A DNA stretch of 64,000 bases from NCBI GenBank assembly GCA_035288225.1, contig DATEAT010000036.1:10612-74611 (forward strand). The letters are read 5' to 3'. This DNA comes from Anaerolineales bacterium. Its GTDB lineage: Bacteria; Chloroflexota; Anaerolineae; Anaerolineales; RBG-16-64-43. Shown here piece by piece: positions 1 to 9,748 of the stretch (positions are counted from its first letter, which is position 1; every line of letters starts with the position of its first letter). A model generated the notes under the pieces. That model did not search any database. It was not told the DNA's origin and worked only from the letters and a program-made list of their open reading frames with translations. The translations under genes were made by a program, and so were the position numbers.

Positions 1-539
<539 letters not shown>

Positions 540-671
540 TCATAACCGACACGAAGCGACGCGATGCGTTGTCCAACTCGGCGGGTCTCGAAACGTCGGC
601 CCACGGACGATCCTTGGCGACGATGCGCCGAAGAGTGCGCGCAGTTTACCACACGCTGCCCGCACGTCGAA

Positions 672-680
672 TGCTATAAT
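672..680 (+). promoter_or_regulatory. Extended -10 promoter (TGcTATAAT) for dinG
   Basis: Exact TGnTATAAT about 60 nt upstream of the ATG at 743. Confidence 0.6.
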
Positions 681-742
681 CGAACCCTTACTTCTTACCT
701 CGGCCGGCCCACGGCCCTAGAAAGCCCGAGCGCACTGCGCCC

Positions 743-3541
743 ATGAAGAACCCGAAATCGATCGTCTGTCTGGACCTGGAGACGACAGGCCTCAGTCCGG
801 AGCGCGACTCCGTCATTGAAATCGGCGTCGTGCTCTTTCGCGGGGAGCGAGTCGAGGACGAGTGGAGCACGCTGGTCAACCCCGGGCATCCCATCCCGCG
901 CGCCATTACCGACCTCACCGGAATCACGGACGCGATGGTGGCCGAAGCGCCGCGTCTCGACCGGGCGCTCGCCAAATTGGAGCCGTTTGTCGGAGAACGG
1001 CCGATCCTCGGCCAGAGCATCGGGTTCGACCTCGGCTTTCTCCAACGCCATGGGCTGTTCAAGTTCAACCCGGCTTACGATACGTACGACCTGGCTGCGG
1101 TTCTCCTGCCCACGGCCCCGCGCTACAACCTGGGGGCGCTGGCCAGCACGCTCGGGGTGATCTTGCCGGCCACCCACCGCGCCCTGGATGATGCCCGCGC
1201 CACTCGGGCCGTGTTCCTGCGGCTGCTCGAACTCGCGGCGGAACTGCCGCTCGACCTATTGGCCGAACTGGTACGGCTCAGCGAGAATCTGGAATGGGGC
1301 GGCGGGCAGCCGCTGGAGGATGTCCTGGGTGAGCGCCTGCAAGGACACGAAGCGATCGGGCCGCTGACCGCGCCCGCGCTCTTCAACCTCCCGGCGCTGC
1401 GGCCTTCCGAGTCGCCGGACCTATCGCCGGCAAGTGAACCCTCGCCTTTGAATATCGATGAAGTGGTGGCCACGCTCGACGACGGCGGCGCACTCGCCTC
1501 GCGTTTCCCCGGCTACGAGCGACGCACCCAGCAACTGGAGATGACCGCAGCCGTCGCCCGAGCGCTGAGCGAAGGGCGGCACCTGCTGGTTGAGGCCGGC
1601 ACGGGCACGGGCAAGAGCCTGGCCTATCTCGTTCCGGCCGTTCACTGGGCCGTGCGCAACGGCTTTCGGGTTGTCGTATCGACCAACACCATCAACTTGC
1701 AGGACCAGCTTATCAACAAAGACGTCCCCGACCTGCAAGCCGCGCTCAACCTCGATTTCCGCGCCGCCGTTCTGAAAGGCCGTGCCAACTACCTGTGCCC
1801 GCGCAAACTTGAGGTCGCTCGGCGCCGCGGCCCCGAGACGCGCGAAGAGATGCGCGTACTGGGTAAGACCTTGGTTTGGTTGCGGCAGACAACGACGGGC
1901 GACCGCGGCGAACTCAATCTGGGCGGGCCGGCCGAACGCATGGCGTGGGACCGTCTTTCGGCCCAGGATGAGCAGTGCACTCTCGAGACGTGTCAGACGC
2001 TCGGACATGGGACGTGTCCTTTCTACCGTGCGCGCGTGGCCGCGGAGAGCGCCCACGTGCTGATCGTGAATCATTCGCTGCTGGTGGCCGATATCGCCGC
2101 AGAGAATCGGGTGCTGCCTGAGTACGACTACCTGATCGTAGACGAAGCCCATCATCTCGAGAGCGCAGCCACCGACGGGCTGGCCTTCCATCTTTCGCAG
2201 CCGGATTTCGACCGCGTGCTTCGCGAGCTTGGCGCCGCGCGCAGCGGCCTGCTGGGTTCGCTGGCCACGCTGGCGCGGCGACCTCCCGTCTGGGCCGGCG
2301 AACTCGACTTGCGCGGGCAGCTCGAACGTCTGGCCGAGGGCGGAGAACGCTGCCAGAGCGATGGGCGCGCGCTGTTCGAGACGTTGCGGCGCTTCATCGA
2401 GAATCAGCTCGAATCGCCCATCGGCGAATACGGCCTCGACTACCGGTTGCTGCCGTCGACGCGCTCCCTCCCGGGGTGGGAGGAAGTTGAGATTGCGTGG
2501 GAGAACCTGCGCGGCGCACTCGACGAGGTCCGGCGGATCACCTCGGCCCTCGGCGATCGGATGACAGGAGCCGGGGGCGGGGCCACCGAAGGGGACGACC
2601 TGGCCTCCGGCTTCCTCGGATGGGCGCGGCGGGCGCAGACTCTGATGAGCCAGATGAATCAGGTCTTCGCCGAGCCTTCGCCGTTGATCATCAACTGGGT
2701 GGGAATCCAATCCGAGCGCCTGACGATGTCGCTGCATGCCGCCCCGCTGCACGTGGGTCCACTGGTCGAGCGCCATCTCTGGCACCAGAAGGCGGCCATC
2801 ATCATGACCTCGGCGACCCTTACCGCGGCGGGCGAGTTCGACTACCTGATCCATCGCCTGAACGCCGATGAGGCCGATACGCTGGTTGTGGGCTCGCCCT
2901 TCGATTATGAACACTCGGCGTTGGTCTATCTGGTGTCCGACATCCCTGAGCCCAACGATACGCGCGGGTATCAACGCGGAGTTGAGCAGGGGCTGATCGG
3001 GCTGTGCAAGGCCAGCCGCGGACGGGCACTGGTTCTGTTCACTTCTTATGCACAACTGCGCCAGACTCATCAGGCGATCGCTGCGCCGCTGGCGCGGGCG
3101 GGGGTCACCGTATTCGAGCAGGGCGAGGGCGCCTCGCGCCACTCATTGCTCGAAACCTTTCGCGCCAGCGATCAAGCCGTGCTGCTCGGCACACGATCCT
3201 TCTGGGAGGGAGTGGATGTTCCCGGTCAGGCGCTTTCGGTCGTGGCGATCGTGCGCCTGCCGTTTTCCGTGCCGAGTGATCCCATCGTGGCCGCCCGCTC
3301 CGAAACCTTCGACGACTCGTTCTCGGAGTACTCGCTGCCGGAGGCCATCCTGCGTTTCCGCCAGGGGTTCGGGCGGCTGATACGCACGCGCACCGACCGC
3401 GGGCTGGCCGTCGTGTTCGATCGGCGGATCCTCACCAAATCCTACGGCCGCTATTTCACCAATTCGCTGCCGGACTGCAAGATCGAACAGGGCACGCTGC
3501 ACGACTTGCCGCAACGCGCGCAGTTGTGGCTGGGCGAGTGA
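743..3541 (+). CDS. dinG: DnaQ-type 3'-5' exonuclease fused to DinG-family helicase
   Basis: DLETTG, FDLGF and HRALDD exonuclease motifs; EAGTGTGKS, DEAHH, FWEGVD and QGFGRLIR helicase motifs; four Cys in the Fe-S region. Confidence 0.93.
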   Translation: MKNPKSIVCLDLETTGLSPERDSVIEIGVVLFRGERVEDEWSTLVNPGHPIPRAITDLTGITDAMVAEAPRLDRALAKLEPFVGERPILGQSIGFDLGFLQRHGLFKFNPAYDTYDLAAVLLPTAPRYNLGALASTLGVILPATHRALDDARATRAVFLRLLELAAELPLDLLAELVRLSENLEWGGGQPLEDVLGERLQGHEAIGPLTAPALFNLPALRPSESPDLSPASEPSPLNIDEVVATLDDGGALASRFPGYERRTQQLEMTAAVARALSEGRHLLVEAGTGTGKSLAYLVPAVHWAVRNGFRVVVSTNTINLQDQLINKDVPDLQAALNLDFRAAVLKGRANYLCPRKLEVARRRGPETREEMRVLGKTLVWLRQTTTGDRGELNLGGPAERMAWDRLSAQDEQCTLETCQTLGHGTCPFYRARVAAESAHVLIVNHSLLVADIAAENRVLPEYDYLIVDEAHHLESAATDGLAFHLSQPDFDRVLRELGAARSGLLGSLATLARRPPVWAGELDLRGQLERLAEGGERCQSDGRALFETLRRFIENQLESPIGEYGLDYRLLPSTRSLPGWEEVEIAWENLRGALDEVRRITSALGDRMTGAGGGATEGDDLASGFLGWARRAQTLMSQMNQVFAEPSPLIINWVGIQSERLTMSLHAAPLHVGPLVERHLWHQKAAIIMTSATLTAAGEFDYLIHRLNADEADTLVVGSPFDYEHSALVYLVSDIPEPNDTRGYQRGVEQGLIGLCKASRGRALVLFTSYAQLRQTHQAIAAPLARAGVTVFEQGEGASRHSLLETFRASDQAVLLGTRSFWEGVDVPGQALSVVAIVRLPFSVPSDPIVAARSETFDDSFSEYSLPEAILRFRQGFGRLIRTRTDRGLAVVFDRRILTKSYGRYFTNSLPDCKIEQGTLHDLPQRAQLWLGE

Positions 3542-3596
3542 TCGTGATGCCGGTCGGCGGGGTGGCCCTCGGCGGAGACGACAAAGCAGGCATCCG

Positions 3597-4172
3597 ATGA
3601 GCGTCGTCAAGAACCACTCGTGGCTGCGCACGACCTCATTCGCGGCTCTCGGCAGCGGATTGATGCTGCTGGCGGTGGCTGGAGCAGTCGGACTCGGGCG
3701 CCTGTCCAGATCACAAGAGCAGCCCTCGGCCGTACCCATCGAAGCCGATTACCCTGCGCCCGAATTGAGCTTCGTCGATCTTGCCGATCGGCGAGGGTCC
3801 CTTTCGGACTTCCGCGGCCAGGTGGTTCTGGTCAACCTTTGGGCGACCTGGTGTCCGCCGTGTCTTGCGGAAATGCCGGTGCTGGCGGCGGCCGCCCGCG
3901 ATCATGCCTCGCAAGGGTTGGTGGTACTGGCCCTTAACCAAGGTGAATCGCGACCGGTGGTGAGCGACTTTGTCGAGCGCTCCGGTCTGGCATTGGTCGT
4001 AGGGCTCGACCCGTACGAGGAGGCGATGCGCCTGCTGCGCACGTCGGCGCTGCCTTCTTCTTACTTGGTGGATGCGCAGGGCCAAGTGCGCCTGGCGTGG
4101 TTCGGGGCAATCGACCGGGACCACCTGGAAGCTGCATTGGCCCGCGTGGGAGATGTGGGAGGCGTACCGTGA
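3597..4172 (+). CDS. TlpA/ResA-family thiol:disulfide oxidoreductase, membrane anchored
   Basis: N-terminal hydrophobic helix; VNLWATWCPPC. Confidence 0.88.
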   Translation: MSVVKNHSWLRTTSFAALGSGLMLLAVAGAVGLGRLSRSQEQPSAVPIEADYPAPELSFVDLADRRGSLSDFRGQVVLVNLWATWCPPCLAEMPVLAAAARDHASQGLVVLALNQGESRPVVSDFVERSGLALVVGLDPYEEAMRLLRTSALPSSYLVDAQGQVRLAWFGAIDRDHLEAALARVGDVGGVP

Positions 4173-4597
4173 ATGCCGCCGCGGTGTGGAAGAGCGGTCT
4201 CTCGTTTGAAGGAACGGCCGATTCGGGGTTTCGCATCCCGCTCGGGGGTGCCGCCGACGCGGGCGGCGCCGAGGATGGGTTCCGCCCGATGGAGCTCATG
4301 GCTCTCAGCTTGGCCGGGTGCACGGCGATGGATGTGATTTCCATTCTGCACAGGAAGCAGCAAGTGGTCACGGCCTTCGAGGTGCGGGTGGAGGCGCAGC
4401 TCGCCGCCGAACATCCGAAGGTGTTCACGCGCATGGTGATCGAATATCGCGTGCGCGGACACGGCATCGACCCGCAGGCCGTACACCGGGCGGTGGCACT
4501 CTCGCGGGATAAGTATTGCCCGGCCCAGGGTATGCTTGCCAAGGTAGTGCCGATCGAGCAACGCGTGGTCATCGAGCAGGATGCGCCGGGTGGTTAG
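4169..4597 (+). CDS. OsmC/YhfA-family protein
   Basis: RPMELMALSLAGCTAMDV and KYCP; GTG start overlaps the upstream TGA. Confidence 0.88.
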   Translation: MNAAAVWKSGLSFEGTADSGFRIPLGGAADAGGAEDGFRPMELMALSLAGCTAMDVISILHRKQQVVTAFEVRVEAQLAAEHPKVFTRMVIEYRVRGHGIDPQAVHRAVALSRDKYCPAQGMLAKVVPIEQRVVIEQDAPGG

Positions 4598-4645
4598 ATC
4601 GGCAGGATGGGGTAGGCAAGGCGTGAATCCCAGAGGCATCGTTCG

Positions 4646-5602
4646 ATGGCCGAACGTCTGCTGATCACGGGCGCGACCGGCTTCATCGGGCGGGCCATCT
4701 GCCAGGTCCTTTCGCGGCGGGGCTACGACTTGCGCCTTCTTCTCCGGCCCTCGCGATCCATCCGGGGTCTTCCGCCGGGGCGCTCGGAGGTCGCGGTCGC
4801 CTCGCTTGCCGATGCCCGCTCTCTGCGAGCGGCGTTGGTGGGCGTCCAGACCGTCATTCACCTGGCCTCGGCCGAAGGCGAGCGCCGGCGGCGCGACCTG
4901 CTTGCCACCGATGTGGAGGGAACGGCGCTGCTTGTCGAGCAGGCCCGCTTGGCCGGCGTCCGGCGAGTGGTCTACCTCAGCCACATCGGTGCCAGCCGCA
5001 TTTCGGCCTTCCCCTTCCTCCAAGCCAAGGGTATCGCCGAAAACATCCTGCTCGAGAGCGGGCTTCCCACCTGTATCTTGCGCACCTCCTCGGTTTTCGG
5101 CCCCGAGGATTCATTCACCAACGTGATCGCCATGGCCGCCAGCGCCATGCCGGTGGCGTTCTTCGTGCCACAGGGCCAGCCTCTGCTGCAGCCGTTGTGG
5201 GTGGGTGACCTGGTTGCGGCGATCGACCTCGCGCTGCACCAGGAAATAGGCTTTGGGCAGGTGCTCTCGATCGGTGGACCCGAGCACCTCACGATTGACG
5301 AAGTAGTGCAAACGGTGTTGGCCGCTTGCCGCCGCTCGCGAATTCTGGTGCGGGTGTGGCCGCCCTACCTGCGCCTGGGCGCCGCCGTGCTGGACACGCT
5401 CCTGCCGTATTCGCCGCTAACTCCTTACTGGGTCGACTACCTCGCCGTGAACCGCACGTGTGAGGCGAATGCCTTGGCGCGCTGGTTCGGCATTCGCCCG
5501 GCCCGGCTGGCGGATCGGCTCGACTACTTGCGCCACGGTCGGGGCCTGCGCGGGCTGATGCGTTTCATCTGGCGCGGTCCGCTGACCCTCTCCGCTGGAT
5601 GA
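4646..5602 (+). CDS. NAD(P)-binding atypical SDR/epimerase (NDUFA9-like)
   Basis: ITGATGFIG, HLA, LQPLWVGD, IGGPE. Confidence 0.8.
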   Translation: MAERLLITGATGFIGRAICQVLSRRGYDLRLLLRPSRSIRGLPPGRSEVAVASLADARSLRAALVGVQTVIHLASAEGERRRRDLLATDVEGTALLVEQARLAGVRRVVYLSHIGASRISAFPFLQAKGIAENILLESGLPTCILRTSSVFGPEDSFTNVIAMAASAMPVAFFVPQGQPLLQPLWVGDLVAAIDLALHQEIGFGQVLSIGGPEHLTIDEVVQTVLAACRRSRILVRVWPPYLRLGAAVLDTLLPYSPLTPYWVDYLAVNRTCEANALARWFGIRPARLADRLDYLRHGRGLRGLMRFIWRGPLTLSAG

Positions 5603-5624
5603 GTTGCTGGCCTCTGCCCGCCGG

Positions 5625-5653
5625 TTGACAAGCGGAGCCTCCGCCCCCACAAT
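5625..5653 (+). promoter_or_regulatory. Sigma70-type promoter TTGACA-N17-CACAAT for the OSBS/NSAR gene
   Basis: Consensus -35, 17-nt spacer, near-consensus -10. Confidence 0.6.
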
Positions 5654-5716
5654 GTGAGACCGGCACACGTCCCAAACCCCGGTGCGCCGCGAAACGAGGC
5701 TGGGAAGGATCCAGGC

Positions 5717-6826
5717 ATGCGACTTGAATCGATCGAACTCCATCACATCCGCATGCCCCTGCGCGAGACGTTCGAAACCTCCTTCGGTGTCACTGGTGAG
5801 CGGGAGGCGGTGTTGGTTCGAGCCTGCGCCCGGGGTGCAGACGGCTGGGGCGAGTGTGTTGCCGGCCGGCGGCCGGACTTCTCCTATGAGACCACCAGCA
5901 CGGTGTGGCACGTGCTGACCGACTTTCTTATCCCCGCCGCCCTTGCGACCGAAGTTGAGGAACCGCAACAACTGCGGCGGGTGCTCGACGGAGCGCGCGG
6001 GCATCCCATGGCCAAAGCCGGGCTCGAGGCCGCAGTGTGGGATTTGTTCGCGAAGCAAGCCGGGCAATCGTTGGCCCACTACCTGGGTGGGACGGGCGAC
6101 CGGGTAGCGGTGGGTGTCTCCATTGGCATCCAAGAAAGCACGCCCGCGTTGCTCCGCGCCGTAGAAGACTACGTGCGCCGCGGGTACGCCCGGGTCAAGG
6201 TCAAAATCAAACCGGGCCGAGACGTCGAGGAGGTGCGCGCCCTGCGCAAGGCGTTCCCGGGGCTCGCCCTGCAAGTGGATGCGAATGCAGCCTATTCGCT
6301 TTCAGACCTGCCGGTGTTCAAAGCGCTCGATGAATTCGACTTGGCGATGATCGAGCAGCCGCTTGGGGCGACGGAACTGACCGATCACAGTCGTCTGCAG
6401 GCCCAACTGCGGACGCCGGTTTGCCTGGACGAGAGCATCGGCGATGCCGCCAGTGCCGGGGCCGCACTCGATTTGGGCGCATGCCGCATCATCAACATCA
6501 AGCCAGCGCGAGTCGGAGGGTTGGGTGAGGCACGCCGCATCCACGACCTGTGCGCGCAGCGCACTGTTCCGGTATGGTGCGGCGGCATGCTCGAAACGGG
6601 GATCGGGCGCGCGGCCAGTGTCGCTCTCGCCACGCTACTCAACTTCCGGCTCCCTGGGGACCTCTCGGCTTCAGATCGATACTACGCCGAAGACCTGATC
6701 GAGCAGCCGTTCGTGCTGAACAGCGACAGCACGCTGACCGTCCCGACCGGACCGGGGATCGGCGTCGACCTGCGATGGGATCGGCTGCGTCGGGCCACGC
6801 TGCGGCGCGCCCTTTTCAGGGCGTAA
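5717..6826 (+). CDS. menC: o-succinylbenzoate synthase / N-acylamino acid racemase (enolase superfamily)
   Basis: FETSFG, KVKIK, DAN, EQP, DES, NIKPARVGG, WCGGMLE, GDLSASDRY; start set at ATG 5717. Confidence 0.85.
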   Translation: MRLESIELHHIRMPLRETFETSFGVTGEREAVLVRACARGADGWGECVAGRRPDFSYETTSTVWHVLTDFLIPAALATEVEEPQQLRRVLDGARGHPMAKAGLEAAVWDLFAKQAGQSLAHYLGGTGDRVAVGVSIGIQESTPALLRAVEDYVRRGYARVKVKIKPGRDVEEVRALRKAFPGLALQVDANAAYSLSDLPVFKALDEFDLAMIEQPLGATELTDHSRLQAQLRTPVCLDESIGDAASAGAALDLGACRIINIKPARVGGLGEARRIHDLCAQRTVPVWCGGMLETGIGRAASVALATLLNFRLPGDLSASDRYYAEDLIEQPFVLNSDSTLTVPTGPGIGVDLRWDRLRRATLRRALFRA

Positions 6827-7433
6827 GCCACTGCACCGCGTAAGCGCCGGCGAAGGCGAACGCCAGCATCTTGAGCGTCTTGCCGATCCAACAATAGAAG
6901 AGGAATTTGTGCGCGGGCATCCGCAGGATGCCCGCAATGATTCCTGCCACGTCGAAGACCGGATTGGGGATAAGCGCCAGCACCATGATCGTCAACGCCC
7001 CGTAGCGGCGCATGAGCTGTTCCAATCGCTCGACGCGTGACGATCGCTCGAGCACCGCGCGCCCGGAGAACCCCGCCAAGTATCCGGAAAGTTCTCCTAA
7101 CGCCGCGCCTGCCCCGGCCGCCAATGCCACCGGCAACGGGGGAAACACCGCTCCCATGCTGAAGACGAATGCCACGCCCGGCGCGGGCAAAAAAAGGGTG
7201 GCATTCGCGAGAATCGAGAGCAGGAAGATACCGGGGTAGCCGTACACCGCCAACTGCGCGGCGCGGTCGCGAATCGAGAAGATGTAGAGCGTAATGCCGA
7301 TCACGGCCGCCAGGCTGAGCAGGCGTGCCACGGTCAGCCAGATGCCGCTTGGGCCTTTGCGGGTCGTGGCCGTGTCACTCCTTCGCGCCGACGTTGGAGC
7401 TTTGGAATCGGCTGGGTCGCGGCGGGTGTTCAT
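6816..7433 (-). CDS. DedA/VTT-family membrane protein
   Basis: Several hydrophobic helices; GAALGELSGYLAG; IPNPVFDVAGIIAG; ATGA overlap with mvk. Confidence 0.8.
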   Translation of the reverse strand: MNTRRDPADSKAPTSARRSDTATTRKGPSGIWLTVARLLSLAAVIGITLYIFSIRDRAAQLAVYGYPGIFLLSILANATLFLPAPGVAFVFSMGAVFPPLPVALAAGAGAALGELSGYLAGFSGRAVLERSSRVERLEQLMRRYGALTIMVLALIPNPVFDVAGIIAGILRMPAHKFLFYCWIGKTLKMLAFAFAGAYAVQWLTP

Positions 7434-8356
7434 GGTTGAACGGTCGTTGTGCGCACCCACCGCGCTCCTGCGGCTTCACACGCGGCCCGAATGGCCGCGG
7501 CGTGGTGTGCCTCACCCAGCGCAATGATGTTCCCCCCCAAGCCCGCGCCCGTGAGTTTGGCACCCAGCGCGCCGGCACGGCGCGCGGCGTGCACGATTCG
7601 CTCGAGCCCAGCGGTGGAAACCCCGAGCCTCACGAGCACATCCTGGTTGCGGTTCATCAGGAGGCCGACCTGCGCCAAGTCACCTTCCGCCAGCGCCCTC
7701 AGCGACTGACTCGCGCAAGCCCCAATCTCATCGAACAGGCGCTCGAAGGTGGGCGTATCCCGTTGCCACGCATCGCGCACAGCCCCGACGGCAACGCGCG
7801 TCTCGCTCCGCACTCCGCTGTCGGCGACCGTTAGGTCGAATGGGCCGCCGAGATCTAACGGTTGCGGCGGTGTGCCGCGGATGAAGAGAATCGGCCGCTC
7901 GAGGGCGATGACCGAGTTGTCTATGCCCGAAGGCGTGCCGTGATAGACGGCTTCCGCCTCGAAAACGATGGCCGAGACCTGTGCCGGAGCGAGGTCGACG
8001 CCGTGCGCGGAAGCCAAGGCCCGAACGATGGCTGTGGTCACGGCGGCGCCGGAGCCGAGCCCGGAGGCCACCGGGATCTCGGAGGAGATGCGCAGCGTGC
8101 CGTTGCGCACTTCGAGGCCCAGCCGCTCGCAGACAATTCGCAGTGTCTCCCTGAGCGGGTGGCCGGCGGAAAGTGCCGCCAGGGGCGAGGTCACTCCAAT
8201 CTCAGGCGCGTCGAGCGAAAAGGGCGAGGATCCGGGCAGGTATTCGGCGCGGGCGCGAAGGTCGGGCAGGGGAAGCGCCACGGCCTGGCGCCCGTAGACG
8301 ACCGCGTGCTCGCCGAACAAGATGACCTTGGCGCACGCGGTGGCCGAGAAACTCAT
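7430..8356 (-). CDS. mvk: Mevalonate kinase
   Basis: AKVILFGEHAVVYG, PVASGLGSGAA, HGTPSGID, GAKLTGAGLGG; start set at ATG 8356. Confidence 0.92.
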   Translation of the reverse strand: MSFSATACAKVILFGEHAVVYGRQAVALPLPDLRARAEYLPGSSPFSLDAPEIGVTSPLAALSAGHPLRETLRIVCERLGLEVRNGTLRISSEIPVASGLGSGAAVTTAIVRALASAHGVDLAPAQVSAIVFEAEAVYHGTPSGIDNSVIALERPILFIRGTPPQPLDLGGPFDLTVADSGVRSETRVAVGAVRDAWQRDTPTFERLFDEIGACASQSLRALAEGDLAQVGLLMNRNQDVLVRLGVSTAGLERIVHAARRAGALGAKLTGAGLGGNIIALGEAHHAAAIRAACEAAGARWVRTTTVQP

Positions 8357-9231
8357 CGCTGGAGGTAGAGGATGCCCATGGCGGACACCGCCCACAACAC
8401 CACGCCGGCCTGCAGCGGGCGATCCATCATGACGATTTCCTCGGGCGCACCGCCGGCCTTTTCCACCTGGATGAGGTACAGGTAGCGGAAGATGCTGTAC
8501 ACCACGAAGGGCACGGTCAGCATCATCGAATGATTGGCGGGCAAGTTGGGCGCCGAAAACGTGTACAGCGAATACGCGACGATTGTCGCCGCCGACACGA
8601 TCTGAATGTAGCTGTCGAGCAAGGGGATGGTGTAGCCATCCAGCACGCGGCGGTGATTGGAGGCGTCGTCGACCAGCAACGCCAGCTCGGCGCGGCGCTT
8701 GCCGAAGCTGATGTACAACGCGAGCAGGATCGTGCATACGTACAGCCACGGCGAGAACCGTTCGACCTCGATCAAGGTCACCCCGGCCGCCACGCGGATG
8801 ACAAACCCCGCGGCCACCGTCAAGGCATCGACGATCGGCACGTGCTTGAGCGCGAACGAATAGGCCAGGTTGAGCAGCAAGTAGCCGAAAACCAGCCATC
8901 CGAGAACCGGGTTCAACAGAAACGCCAGGGCGACGGAGAGCGGGCCGAGCACGGCCGACACGGTGAGCGCCAGAGCCACCGAGATCTCGCCCGCGGCGAT
9001 CGGCCGCTTGCGCTTTTCGGGGTGCAGCCGGTCCTGGTTGCGGTCGGCGACGTCGTTAATGAGATAGACCACGCCCGACGCCAGGCACAGCAGCACGAAC
9101 CCGCCCGTAGTCCGCAACAGTGCATCCAGGTGCAGTATTTGCCGGTCGAAGCCGAGCGCGGCGAAGATGAAGATATTCTTCGGCCACTGACGCGGCCGCA
9201 TGCTCTTGATCAGGAGGCGCAGCGTCTGCAT
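8353..9231 (-). CDS. UbiA family, decaprenyl-phosphate phosphoribosyltransferase-like
   Basis: MRPRQWPKN, YLINDVAD, DRLHPEKRKRPIAAG, GKRRAEL; multiple TM helices. Confidence 0.88.
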   Translation of the reverse strand: MQTLRLLIKSMRPRQWPKNIFIFAALGFDRQILHLDALLRTTGGFVLLCLASGVVYLINDVADRNQDRLHPEKRKRPIAAGEISVALALTVSAVLGPLSVALAFLLNPVLGWLVFGYLLLNLAYSFALKHVPIVDALTVAAGFVIRVAAGVTLIEVERFSPWLYVCTILLALYISFGKRRAELALLVDDASNHRRVLDGYTIPLLDSYIQIVSAATIVAYSLYTFSAPNLPANHSMMLTVPFVVYSIFRYLYLIQVEKAGGAPEEIVMMDRPLQAGVVLWAVSAMGILYLQR

Positions 9232-9232
9232 G

Positions 9233-9742
9233 CTAAACCTCCTCGATCAGACGCGCCAGCACCTGACGGACGGAGGCCGCCCGCGTACCGACGCACGGCA
9301 ATGCGGCGCCCTCCGCTCCGGGCGCCACCGCCTGCTGCACCGTGCGCAGCGAGGCGGCCCCGGGGATGTCCTGCTTGTTGGCCGCCACCATGAAGGGGAC
9401 TCGGAGCGCGGCAAACCGCGCGAGAAGCTCACGCGCACCGTCGAAGCTTTCGGGCGCAGTCGAATCCACAACCAGCAGCACCGCATCGGTTTCTGCGGAG
9501 AGGATATCCCACATGAAATCGAATCGCTCCTGGCCGGGAGTGCCGGTCAGGTGCACCACCGTGTCGCCCAACGTGACCCGGCCGTAATCCATGGCTACGG
9601 TGGTATGGTCCTTGCCGTCACCGCCCGCGCGAGTCAATCGCCGCTCGGTGGAGACGACCTCAATTTCGGAAATGGTCTTCACCAGGCGCGATTTTCCCGC
9701 TCCAAAAGGTCCGGTCACGAGCACCTTGACGTGTCGAGTCAT
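9233..9742 (-). CDS. MglA/CvnD-like small Ras-like GTPase
   Basis: GPFGAGKS (G1), TTVAMDYG (G2), GTPGQERF (G3), NKQD (G4). Confidence 0.88.
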   Translation of the reverse strand: MTRHVKVLVTGPFGAGKSRLVKTISEIEVVSTERRLTRAGGDGKDHTTVAMDYGRVTLGDTVVHLTGTPGQERFDFMWDILSAETDAVLLVVDSTAPESFDGARELLARFAALRVPFMVAANKQDIPGAASLRTVQQAVAPGAEGAALPCVGTRAASVRQVLARLIEEV

Positions 9743-9748
9743 TCCTGC

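Noticed and set aside
1421..3142. 573-aa antisense ORF, and many similar long shadow ORFs (e.g. 13561-14643, 17298-18500, 44404-45606, 56416-57597)
   Set aside because: They lie opposite well-supported genes, are expected from high-GC codon bias, and show no recognisable motifs.
6816..6826. 11-nt convergent overlap of the menC-like and DedA genes
   Set aside because: Common in compact genomes; no sign of function.
8357..8899. Apparent N-terminal extension of mevalonate kinase in the ORF track
   Set aside because: It overlaps the UbiA gene in another frame; the likely start is ATG 8356 with an ATGA overlap. Upstream extensions of pth, vWA, PP2C, murD, ftsW and rsmH were trimmed on similar grounds.
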